Position numbers and translations under genes: made by a program
Shown here: in pieces, positions 53,101-64,000 of the stretch
Layout: every line of letters begins with the position of its first letter
How positions within the stretch are numbered: the stretch's first letter is position 1
From: Heptranchias perlo
Taxonomy: Eukaryota
Assembly: GCF_035084215.1 (NCBI RefSeq)
Contig: NC_090354.1
Location: 2,790,001-2,854,000, forward strand
Direction: 5' to 3'
Length of the DNA stretch: 64,000 bases
The notes under the pieces: generated by a model
Databases searched by the model: none
Told to the model about the DNA's origin: nothing
Seen by the model: the letters and a program-made list of their open reading frames with translations, nothing else

Positions 53101-53993
53101 CGACCCCAGGACATCTCAAAGCACTTTACAGCCAACAAAGTACTTTTGAGGTGTAGTCAGTGTTGTAATGTAGGAAACCCGGCAGCCAATTTGCCCGTTT
53201 GATGCCTTTTGCTCTTTGCCTCACTCGGGGAAGACTCTTTTCTGTATCTTACTGGCTGCCTGATATAGCTGCCTTGTCCACTTTCAAGGTTTTTATTTCA
53301 GAAATGAGACCACCTTGAAGCTCACTCTCTATCAGTTTGTATGTACACGCAAATCTTTGATTTTCAGTTGTGCAGGGTTTAATTCAGTGCCAGCAGCAAA
53401 TCGGACTTGCGATCCAGGCCTGTTTTTAATCTTAACTCAAGGATTTGGTTGTATTTCTTTTAATGTTTTTTTGTTTGTTAGAAAGCATGAATAGGCTGCA
53501 GTATCATAGTAGGTACAGCACAGAAGGAGGCCATTCGGCCCATCGTACCTGTGCCGGCTCTTTGACAGAGCTAGCCAATTAGTCCCATTCCCCTGCTCTT
53601 TCCCCATAGCCCAGTAAATGTTTTCTCTTCAAGTATTTTCCCTTTTGAAAGTTACTATTGAATCTGCTTCCACCACCCTTTCAGGCAGTGCATTCCAGAT
53701 CATTACAACTCACTGCGTTAAAAAAAATGTTGCTTCATGTTGCCTCTGGCTCTTTTGCCGATCACCTTAAATTTGTATCCTCTGGTTACCGACCCTTCTG
53801 CCACTGGAAACAGTTTCTCCTTATTTACTCTGTCAAAACCATTCATGATTTTGAACATCTCTATCAAATCTCCCCAGTAATTTGGGGGATTTTCTTTTAC
53901 TCTAAATAAAAGGTGGGTTTCATTATCAAACCAAAAAGCTTGGCACTTATAAAGGCAATGGGATTGGGATGACTTGATGCCATATCTAAGCTC

Positions 53994-54044
53994 TGATGTG
54001 GAGATGCCGGTGATGGACTGGGGTTGACAATTGTAAACTAATTG
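53994..54044 (-). mobile_element. 51-bp terminal fragment of the same Penelope-like family, 11-bp TSD
   Basis: Reverse complement of ~39775-39815; flanked by TATCTAAGCTC at 53983-53993 and 54045-54055. Confidence 0.75.
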
Positions 54045-54493
54045 TATCTAAGCTCAGTCTGTCAGTCCATAGTGTGTACTCAGAGTGTACTCAAAGAAGA
54101 AATGGACCCAGTGAGCATTTCACAGTAACCCCTCAGTAATTTTTTCTCTTCTGTTTTCTCACCTTTCCTCTCCTGGAGACCTTGGGTCCTTGGTGTGGTA
54201 ATATTCCTATCTCTGTAACTTCCTCCAGCCCAGAGGGGAAAAAAAGCCAAGGTTTTGCTCATGATTTGCTGTCCTGTGACCCCCATCAGCTGAAAGCGTG
54301 TATAGATATCAGGAGTGGGCAGGATCTGGCTCAGCTGTGGTGCTCCCTATGGTTGAATAGCCTGTTTGACAATCACTGTCTAGGTCCACACATAAAGATT
54401 GACCACTTGAAGGATGACTGGCATCTCTTGAACTGTATCTGGCAAGAGTTAGCGTCTTCAAGAGACGAGGGGCTAAAACACTTTTATTTTCTT

Positions 54494-54927
54494 TTGCATT
54501 TCTATCGCGTCTTTCACGACCTCAGGACCTCCCAAAGCGGTTTACAGCCAAAGAAGTACTTTTTGAAGTGCAGTCACTGTTCTAATGTAGGAAACGCAGT
54601 AGCCAATTTGCACGCAGCAAGATCCCACAAACAGCAATGAGATAAAGCCCAGATAATCTGTTTTAGTGATGCCGGTTGAAGGATAGATGTTGGCCAGGAC
54701 ACCAGGGAGAACTCTCCTGCTCTTCTTCCAATAGTGGCTATGGGATCTTTTATGTCATCCTGAGAGGGTAGACGAGTCCTCGGTTTTAACCTCTCACCCC
54801 GAGAGACGGCACCTCTGCCACTGCTGCACTGAAGTGTCAGCCTGGATTATGTGCTCGTCCCTGGAGTGGGACTTGAACCCACCACCTTCTGACTCAGAGG
54901 CGAGAGTGCTACCCACTGAGCCACAGC
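54494..54927 (-). mobile_element. Near full-length Deu-domain SINE
   Basis: Reverse-complement match from tail to tRNA head. Confidence 0.85.
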
Positions 54928-55511
54928 TAACAAGATGGCAGTGGCGGGACAAAGAAGAGATGGGAGAGAGTAATTAGAGGCAAATAGTTTAAACTCGGGG
55001 TGCAGGGGTGTGTGAGGTGCTCCGGGGATACCTGAACATCTGGATCTAAATGATTCCCTGATGATCTCTCATACCTCGCCATTAACATTCTCTGGAGAGA
55101 AAGACTTTTCCACATGGCTTTGTGCCTGACTCACTTTTCAACTTGTTTAACTTGTTAAACTCATCTTCGCTCCCTCCCTCTCCTCCCCCAACTTCCTTTG
55201 GTTGCTATTAGTTTCCTTTGCTACAGCACAATGTTCTAGTCTCGGTTTCTATCAAGATTGGTATCCCTGTCGATGAGCAAACTGCACTGCAACAGGGAGA
55301 GAAATGGGCGTGGAAAATGAATGAGGGAGCCAGTTCTTGAAAAAGTGATGGAGCTGCTTAGAATATAAAGAAAATGTGTGACCACCTCCGCAACACGGCC
55401 TGTCTCTGCTCCTGCCTCATTATCACATTGCTGTTTGTGGGACCTTGCTGTGCGCAAATTGGCTGCTACGTTTCCTACATTTCAATCGTGACTATACTTC
55501 AAAAGTACTTT

Positions 55512-56478
55512 GATATGTATTAATGACCTGGACTTGGGTACAGAGGGTATAATTTCAAAGTTTGCAGATGATACGAAACTCGGAAATGTAGTAAACAATG
55601 TGGAGGATAGTAACAGACTTCAGGAGGACATAGACAGACTGGTGAAATGGTCAGACACATGGCAGATGAAATTTAACGCTGTGTAGTGATACATTTTGGT
55701 AGGAAGAATGAGGAGAGGCAATATGAAGTAAATGGTACAATTTTAAAGGGGGTGCAGGAATAGAGAGACCTGGGGGTGCACATACACAAATCTTTGAAGG
55801 TGGCAGGACAAGTTGAGAAGGCTGTTAAAAAAGCATTGGGATCCTGGGCTTCATTAATAGAGGCATTGAGTACAAAAACAAGGAAGTTATGCTAAACCTT
55901 TATAAAACTCTAGTTAGGCCTCAGCTGGAGTATTGTGTTCAATTCTGGGCACCACACTTTAGGAAGGATGTCAAGGCCTTAGAGAGGGCACAGAGGAGAT
56001 TTACTAGAATGGTACCAACGATGAGGGACTTCAGTTATGTGGAGAGACTGGAGAAGCTGGAGTTGTTCTCCTTAGAATAGAGTAGGTTAAGGGGAGATTT
56101 GATAGAGGTTTTCCAAATCATGAACAGTTTTGATAGAGTAAATAAGAAGAAACTATTTCCAGAAGGGTCTGAAGGGTCCAGAAATTGTTGGCAGAAGGGT
56201 CGGTAACCAGAGGAAACAGATTTAAGGTGATGCACAAAAGAGGCGACATGAGGAAAGATTTTTTAACGCAGCGAATTGTTATGATCTGGAATGCGCTGCC
56301 TGAAAGGGTGGTGGAAGCAGATTCAATAGTGACTTTCAAAAGGGAATTGGATAAATGTTCGACAGGAAAAAATTTACAGGGCTATGGGGAAAGAGCAGGG
56401 GAGTGGGACTAATTGGATAGCTCTTTCAAAGAGCCAGCACAGCACGATGGGCCAAATGGCTTCCACCAATGCTGTACC
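55512..56478 (+). mobile_element. CR1 LINE 3' fragment
   Basis: [32 protein letters not shown]. Shorter CR1 tails also at ~4205-4595, 7825-8490, 9262-9697, 11052-11407, 12487-12945, 14285-14843, 22568-23000, 26034-26237, 36850-37322, 42900-43232, 43655-43965, 49410-49920, 50215-50645, 53503-53875, 57131-57481. Confidence 0.88.
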
Positions 56479-57847
56479 TAACAACATATTATGATACTTG
56501 ATTGGTTGTATTATACTGATGTGCCAAACCTGGTTGGTAGATCAGACCCCCCCCCCTCCCGTTTCCCCACCTTTAAAATGTTATGCTCCAAAATGGTTCA
56601 GCTGATAACTGAACTGTCCACGTGAAACTGAGCCATACAGAGCCAAGAAGATTCCAGGCTTCATCCCTAGTTTGGGCTGAGTTAGCTGGGGTTATACAAA
56701 CACTACACAGCTTCCGGAGGGAAAGAGAAAATTAGCCGGGGATCCCGCTACTGATAGTTATCCAACAACCCCTGCTGAAAAGTGAACGGGTGTCAGGGTC
56801 GGGCTTGGCTATGATGCGCCACGTGGTAGAATAGCCAACTGACGCTCACCGCCCATGCTCATTTGTGGTGAAGAATGAGCACTTGGATGAGATACCAGCA
56901 CCCGTGGAGCCCTGACCCAGCAAAATCAGCACCTTCACTAAAGGGGGTAAAGATTGGAAGAAAAACCAATTGATACTGGGGCGTACCTTTAAACATTTAA
57001 GCTCAGTTAGCACCGCGAGACTGGAAATAAGTCTTGTTCGAGTTGATGTGGGCTGAATGCAACCTCGCAGTGTAACAATTGTATGGTGAAACAAGGTCAT
57101 ATAGGGATCTGTGGACAAGCTCAAGCTACCAGATGTTTCCACTTGTTGGGGAGACCAATACTAGGGGCTATAAATATAAGTTAGTCACCAATAAATCCAA
57201 TAAGGAATTCAGGAGAAACTTCTTTACCCGGAGAGTGGTTAGATGTGGAACCCGCTACCACAAGGAATAGCTGAGGCAAATAGCATAGATGCATTTAAGG
57301 GGAAGCTAGATAAACACATGAGGGAGAAAGGAATAGAAGGATATGCTGATAGGGTGAGATGAAGAGGGGTGGGCAGAGGCTTGTGTGGACCATAAACACC
57401 GGCGTGGACCATAAACACCGGCATAGACCAGTTGGGTCGAATGGCCTGTTTCTGAGCTGTAAATTCTATATAATTCTATGTACCAAACACATTGGCTGAG
57501 TTATGTGGCTACAGAAAGCAATAGGAAGGTTGGAGTTCGCCGTTCCCCAGCAATGAAGCGAATTTCTCCAACTCCCCCACACCAACTTCTTGTCCTGACA
57601 GATTTCTAATTTGATATTCAGAGGTGGCCCTGGATACACAGGATCCTATCGAGTGGTAACTCAAGGTAAACATGGCCTGGCATGGTAGCTGTGGTGTAAA
57701 CCAGGTTTTGCTGCTTACAGCCCTGGTCGTTTGTTATAGATCCCTGTTCGAGAAAAAATTGGGGGCGGGGTGGGGAAATGGGATAGTGACAGTTTTGAGA
57801 GACATTGATCATATGGAGCGGGGTGATCAGCAAAATAAATATCGTAC

Positions 57848-58304
57848 CGGTCCACTGCTCGCCCGACCCTCTGTATTCGCTCTTCTCCTTCGGAGTGCGC
57901 TTGTACGCAAGGTTGTTGCGGTTCTTCCAGCGGCACAGCCACCCGTTGGTGGGTTTGAACTCGATCCCCATCTCCTCGGCCAGGGCCTTGGCTTTGGCCA
58001 TGAGCACCGGCCCGGAGATGGGGCCCTCTTCCTTGCTGGCGGTCCAGAACCAGCTGAGGAGAGCGTCGTCAATGGTCTGGTTCTTGCCCTCCCGCTTGCG
58101 CTTGCGCTCCAGGTTGCCCCCTCGGAGCCACTCCTCCAGGATCTCCTCTTTCTTCTTGACGATTTTGGAGATGGCGGAGGCTGTCAGCCCGTACTCCCGG
58201 GCGATCTCCTTCTGCTTGAAGGAAGGGTCGTTCAGCTTCAAGATGATCTGGACTTTCTGAGCCAGAGTGATGGCGGTCCTCTTGATTTTGATCGGGTTCT
58301 CCAT
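57848..58304 (-). CDS. First coding exon: pogo/Tigger (CENP-B-like) HTH_psq + CENP-B HTH DNA-binding domains, no DDE_1 domain
   Basis: Acceptor gtttcag| at 58311, Kozak gatATGG at 58304. MENPIKIKRTAITLAQKVQII..IAREYGLTASAISKIVK..IDDALLSWF..PISGPVLMAKAKALA..FKPTNGWLCRWKNRN; ends WT-G|gtacga, 457 nt, phase 1. Confidence 0.88.
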
Positions 58305-59094
58305 ATCAGCGCTGAAACAGCACAGAAACGGCAGAGAGTACAATAGCGTGTTTATACAAAGAGAGTCTCTAAATTCCTAACCATAATCCACGTTTTTTTT
58401 TAAAATGCCTGTCAGCCGGTGCGGTTGTATACTGGATGTTTTTTTTCTGCTGTAGGTTCAGTTGAGTGAGGAAGGAATCAGCCAGCATTTACAGCACGGG
58501 CATAATGGAAGCTAACAAGCTCCAATGTAGCTGCTTGCAGAATGTGGAGAAAGAATGTGCTTCTCAGCCTTGTGCTGCACAGATCAGGAACAAAGAGGTC
58601 TGTGAAACGTGAAGTTGATGCTGAGCAGGCTTTAGGGATGTGCTTTGTGATGTAAAATAAGTGATCTCATCTGAAATTCGACACCACAGCCCAGCCCTGA
58701 TAAGATCATCTCCAATTTGCTGACGCGCACTTGTGATCCTAGGCAGACGTTGATCTTATCAGGCACCGGCAGTACGTAAGGGAAATGGATTGTGGCTTCT
58801 TAACAAAAAATTTTAACAAGGGAGAGGGAAAAACACACACTTAAGTTGATCCTATGCAACGGCTTATCTCCAACAGGCTCCCAGTACATTAGCAGTCAGA
58901 GAGCAGGAGGAATATTTTAAATAGGCCTTAACCATCTCAGTACTGAATAATACCCAGCATAAAATAATAATTAAAGACAAAATAAAAAAGGCACGTAGGT
59001 TTTAATTGCCACACTAAAAATTGAAAAATAAATGGATTATAATAAGGAACAAGGATGGTTGGCTTTACAAAGTGTGGAACAGTCAGTGAGTAAC

Positions 59095-59510
59095 AACAAA
59101 GAGGGAAAGAGAAAGAGGGCGACACAGAGAAAAAACAGACATACAGAGAAACATACACAGTTATAAAACCGAGAGACACGCACAGAAAAGAGACACAGAA
59201 AACACAGACATAAATATAGAGAGAAAACAGATGCGCATGCAGAAATACAGAAAGAGAAGTATGTAAACACTCAGAGACACACGCACAGAGAAACCAGAGA
59301 CATACAGAGAAACACATGTAAAACACAGACCTATACACAACTACAGAACACAAAATACAGAACTAGACACACACACAAAACATAGACCTAGACACACACA
59401 CATGTGCAGAGAGAGAGTGACAAAGCAGCTCGTGAAAGCGAGAGACACATGCATACAGAAACAGACAGAACCCAAGGAAGATCGAGAGACACACACAGAG
59501 ACAGAGAAAC
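59095..59510. repeat. Degenerate (CA)/(GA) low-complexity tract
   Basis: Mixed ACAC/AGAG/ACAG runs. Confidence 0.8.
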
Positions 59511-62500
59511 CCTTTGCTATTTGATCTGTATGTCTTTGAGCTCATGCATGAGGTGAGAAAAAACAAAACAAAAGTTTTAATCACTGGAGGTTAATGGAAA
59601 TAGACTGGAACGCCTCAAAACGGTTAATCCTGAACAGGATGTGGTCTTAACCCTTCAAACACTAGGCTTCCTCTGTAGCTGGTAAATGAGAAAATATGTT
59701 TTCCAGCGCACCTTAAATGATCAATTTAAAACAAGACAAAAGAGGCGGGGAAAAAAGCTTTTAAATAGCAATATTCACTCAACAGTAATAATCCCAGAAT
59801 TGCATGTAAGGAGTTGGTTGTATGTATGTAGAGGATTCTGATACATGGTTCGCTCAAACCCCCATCAGATTATCTTCAGCTGGCTTGTAGTTAAAAGAGC
59901 TGTAATAGCCTGGCTATGGATAAATGGTGTGAGGCTTCGCTTATACTCAGCAAGACGTGGGTTCAACCCTTAACCCCTTCGCTGGCCCAGTTTGTCAATG
60001 GATGAGATCTTATTACAAACACTTGAGCTTCTGATTCGACCAGAATCTCCCGTTCATAATACAACTTTGGAAAGAATTTTATTTTTAAAAGGCTGAAATT
60101 CTCCTTGTAGGCGCGCGGTCAGTTTGATGCATTTTCCTGCGCAGGACGTCACAAGGTGAACGCAACTAAAAAAAAATACCGACTCCCCCCCCCCCCCCCA
60201 AAAAAAAATACCGCCCCCCCAAAAAAAAACAAGTGTTTGTTTTGCCCAATTTTCTCTCTGTTTCCACAACAACTTGCATTTATATATTGCCTTTAACATT
60301 GTAAAACGTCCTAAGGCGCTTCACAGAAGCGATTGTCAGACAAAATTTGACACCGAGGCACATGAAGAGATATTAGGACAAAGAGCTAGGTTTTAAGGAG
60401 GGTTTTAAAGGAGGAGAGAGAGGTGGCGAGGATTAGGGAGGGAATTCCAGAGCTTAGGGCCTAGGCAGCTCTTCCCTCTTCTCCCGAAGGCACCGTCTCC
60501 TACCTGGGTAACGTTCCACGAATGACAGGAATTCTTCGGTTACCTCACCCAAGTAGCCGCCCTTCATGTGTGAGTCCAGACGGTGAGTGTTGGCAGGCTA
60601 TTCCACCACGAGGGGCATCCCAATCCTTTCCTTGCCTGATACATGCACACCTTCTACCAGGGCCTCACTGGATATTAAATGGTTATAGAGAAGGTAACCT
60701 AGAATATTGGTTTAGAGTAAGCAAACAGTAAAGAAACAGGACTAAGATGGCATCAATATAGTTAGTGAAAAGTACATTTGAAACCAATCTTAAAAAGAAC
60801 TTTTTTTACTCAATGCGTGAGAAATGTTAGGAATAATCTGCCAGGCTGGGTCAGAGACAGATCCATTAGGGACATTCAAAATACAGCTGGATGAGAGAAG
60901 AGGAGAGCCAAGGTATTATGAAAGAACTTGCTTTTATATGGCGCCCTTCATAACCTCAATACGTCCCAAAGCACTTCACAGCCAATGAAGTACTTTATTG
61001 AAGTGTAGTAATGTAGGGAAATGCGGCAGTCAATTTGCACACAGCAAGATCCCACAAATGACCAGATAATCTGGTTCAGTGATGTTGGTTGAGGGGTAAA
61101 TGAAGGATGGGCTTTGATGGGCTGAGCATCATTTCTCATCCGTGACTTTTCTCCAGTTTTTCATATTAGAGATAAGGGGGAAAAGCCTGGCTGATTTTTT
61201 GTTTGTCGTCCCTCCTTAGCCCGGGAGCATGAAGACCCATTGTTACCACATCCAATGCCACTCCAGCGAAGAAAAATCCAGGAGTTAATACCATCTGCTG
61301 GAGGTATTTTGCTTAAACCTACGTATATAGGTTTACGCTGATGAGGGGTTAAAGTTGAATGCTTGTTTTAGTTACCATGGTGAAGGTAACATGAACATGC
61401 CTCTGTGGACCTCCAGTAGTTACCAATGAACTGAAGGACTATCACACAAAGTATTCACTGATAAAACAAGCTGCTTAATCACATCTGACGCTCTGGCCGT
61501 TCCTTCCCTTTATATATTTCGTTTGAACATATATTATTTTAGAATGATCGCCAAAAGTACAATAAATAATATTTTTGAATTTTTTTTTAAAAAGCATCAA
61601 AATAAGTTACCCATTTTTCAAGTGAGTTCCATTTCACCATTCAATAGGGTCCACAATTTATCTTATAAACACAGTCCAGCTTTTCAAAAGCTGGAGAGCC
61701 CTTTAGGTTTGAATACCAACGTGGCAAGATTAGGTTACGGCTTCTATAAGATGAAAATACAGTTGTGACTGGGATAACTTATCAGTGATACCATACAAAA
61801 ATTGATCTTTTGTTTCCCGTCAGCTGACTCCAATCAAAAGCACTGACAAAGGGAGGGGTACAAGACAATAAGGAAGAGAAAAGCAATACGTAACCAGGCT
61901 TTGTGGCTGATAGGCGGTGTAGTTTGACTTTTAAACCCAACACTGCAATCAAAGGCATGTAACCGTTACCCTGCTATTTTTGAGAAAAATGTTCACTTAA
62001 CAGATGAAAGACAGAAAGAACTTGCATTTATATGGTGCCTTTCACAACCTCAGGACTTCCCAAAGCACTTTTGTCCCAATGAAGTACTTTATGAAGTGTA
62101 GTCACTGTTGTAATGTAGGAAGCGCAGGAGCCAATTTGCACACAGCAAGGTCCCACAAACATCAATGTGATAATGACCAGGTAATCTGTTTTTTAGTAAT
62201 GTTGGTTGAGGGATAAATATTGGCCCAGGACCATGGAGAGAACTCCCCTTGCTCTTCTTTGAAATAGTGCCGTGGGATCTTTTCACGTCCACCTGAGGGG
62301 GCAGACATGGCCTCGGTTTAACATCTTATCCGAAAGACGGCACCTCCGGCAGTGGTGCACTCCCTTAGACAAGCCATGACAGAGTGACCTGATTGTACTG
62401 TGCCCCCCTGTTTATGTGTACAAGTAGAGTTGGTCTCCATGTAGCGAAAGCCCAGTGCATTTGTGCAGGATCGGATGACCATTTGACCAGTGGTCATCCA

Positions 62501-64000
62501 TGAAATAATGATACTTATTTGTTTGCCATGGGCTTATTGCAGCTCTATGGATCGTTCCCTGGAGTGTCAAAGTGGGTAATCCTTCCTGCACCCATTTCCA
62601 GAGGGTTGGTTGGAAGTTTCCTGCGAATGGACCTCGGTCAGCAGACTTTGGTTGGCCTGCTCCTGTGTGGAACATGTCAGTTTTCTGGAACTTTAACCAG
62701 CAGCAGACCTGTAACTCAGGGCTTGTCAAGTATTTTTGTTCTGGTTAAACTGCTTTCAGTGGTTAGAAGATCCTGTTCCTTGACTGTTCCGGTTCCCTGG
62801 AGCAGGGGATGACGTTATAAGGAATAAGTTATAGAATTCTGGAAAACCAGCAAGGGACTTACAGGAATTGCAATCTAATTACAAGGTTCAGACAATAACT
62901 AGGAGTGGTTTTATAAACATCATTTCAACCCTTTGACTAGCTTTCAGCCTTATAACACACTTCCTGTCATCTTACAGAACTTAACTACAATAAAGGAAAA
63001 ACTTGCATTTATAATTGCACCTTATGAAAAATATCCCAAAGCACTTTATGTACAGTGAGTTACTTTGAAGTGCAGTGGCGGCAAAAACAGCAGCCACTTC
63101 ATGTACAGCAAGATCCCATAAACAGTGAATGAAATGAATGAACAGGCGGTCTTTTTTTTCTGGCGTTGCTGATTGAGAGAGGCATGTTGCCCAGGACACA
63201 GGCAGAACTCCCTGTCCTTCTTCAAATAGTGCCATGGGATCTTTAACACCCATCTGAACATCAGAAGGACCACTGGGGCCTTGGTTTAAAGTCTCATCTG
63301 AAGGACTATTGGTGGGAGAGTCCCAGCTTCTCAGTCTGGCAATGGCCACACAATCTCCTTTGTGTAATGGTGCATGAGGTCTCACCAGGGAATAATGTGC
63401 AGTGGATACAGGGAGATGTTCTGTGCTGTTAATGTATTCATACAGGCTTATTACTTCTGACCTCTTGCACATCCCCGATTTTCATCGCTCCACCACTGTC
63501 GGCCGTGCCTCCAGCTGTCTAGGCCCTAAGCTCTGAAATTCACTCCCTAAACCTCTCTGCCTCACTACCTCTCTCTCCTCCTTTAAGACGCTCCTTAAAA
63601 CTTAACTATTTGACCAAGCTTTTGGTCACCTGTCCTAATATCTCCCTATGTGGCTCCTGTGAAGCGCCTTGGGACCTTTTACTACATTAAAGACGCTATA
63701 TAAATGCAAGTTGTTGTTGTTGTCACTTTGTTGAGCAAATCAACCATTGTATCGGAAAGATTAATTTTCAAAAAATTGATGCAGACACGGAGGTTGTTAT
63801 TAATAGACCTTTCATTATAGTTTACTTAAAACCATAGCCCAGAAATTACTGTGACGATATCAGTGTATGAAAGCTTAACGTGTTTTAATGGAAGTGTTAG
63901 CCGTAGTGCATTTCTAGGTTTATAACTTTACAAATTTGCCAAGGGACCATGACATTTTTAAATTGCAGCAGTTTCCCTGAGCAGTGCTTCTAATCTCACT

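Noticed and set aside
55078-55094. 17-nt micro-exon candidate (ctccag|..GAG|gtatga) on - strand
   Set aside because: Not a multiple of 3, would break the frame; no support.
57618-57847. C-terminal 76 aa of the 241-aa Tigger ORF, and overlapping + strand ORFs 57672-58346 and 57805-58260
   Set aside because: Read-through past the 57848 donor with no DDE_1 similarity; antisense ORFs are shadows of a GC-rich coding exon.
62412-62729. 105-aa - strand ORF in unique sequence
   Set aside because: No recognisable domain or convincing exon structure.

Overview
Vertebrate genomic DNA, most likely a cartilaginous fish (inferred from dense Deu-domain SacSINE1-like SINEs, CR1 and L2 LINE fragments and Penelope-type ends). 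Most ORF-track entries are repeat noise. A CpG-island promoter at about 3.0-4.1 kb appears bidirectional. It drives a + strand SNX10/SNX11-family sorting nexin gene (four coding exons found, the expected next PX exon not found) and probably a - strand gene leaving the window on the left. The main observation is a spliced - strand gene at 58304->27731. It joins a pogo/Tigger (CENP-B-like) double-HTH DNA-binding exon to an intact hAT (ZNF862-like) DDE transposase-domain exon through six mutually related phase-1 symmetric linker exons, each ending in [QS]-[FS]-Y-x-G at the splice donor, three with SUMO consensus sites. If all eight exons are used the CDS is 3306 nt (1101 aa), suggesting a domesticated chimera of two unrelated DNA-transposon superfamilies. 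Exon connectivity is inferred from splice sites and phase, not from transcript data.
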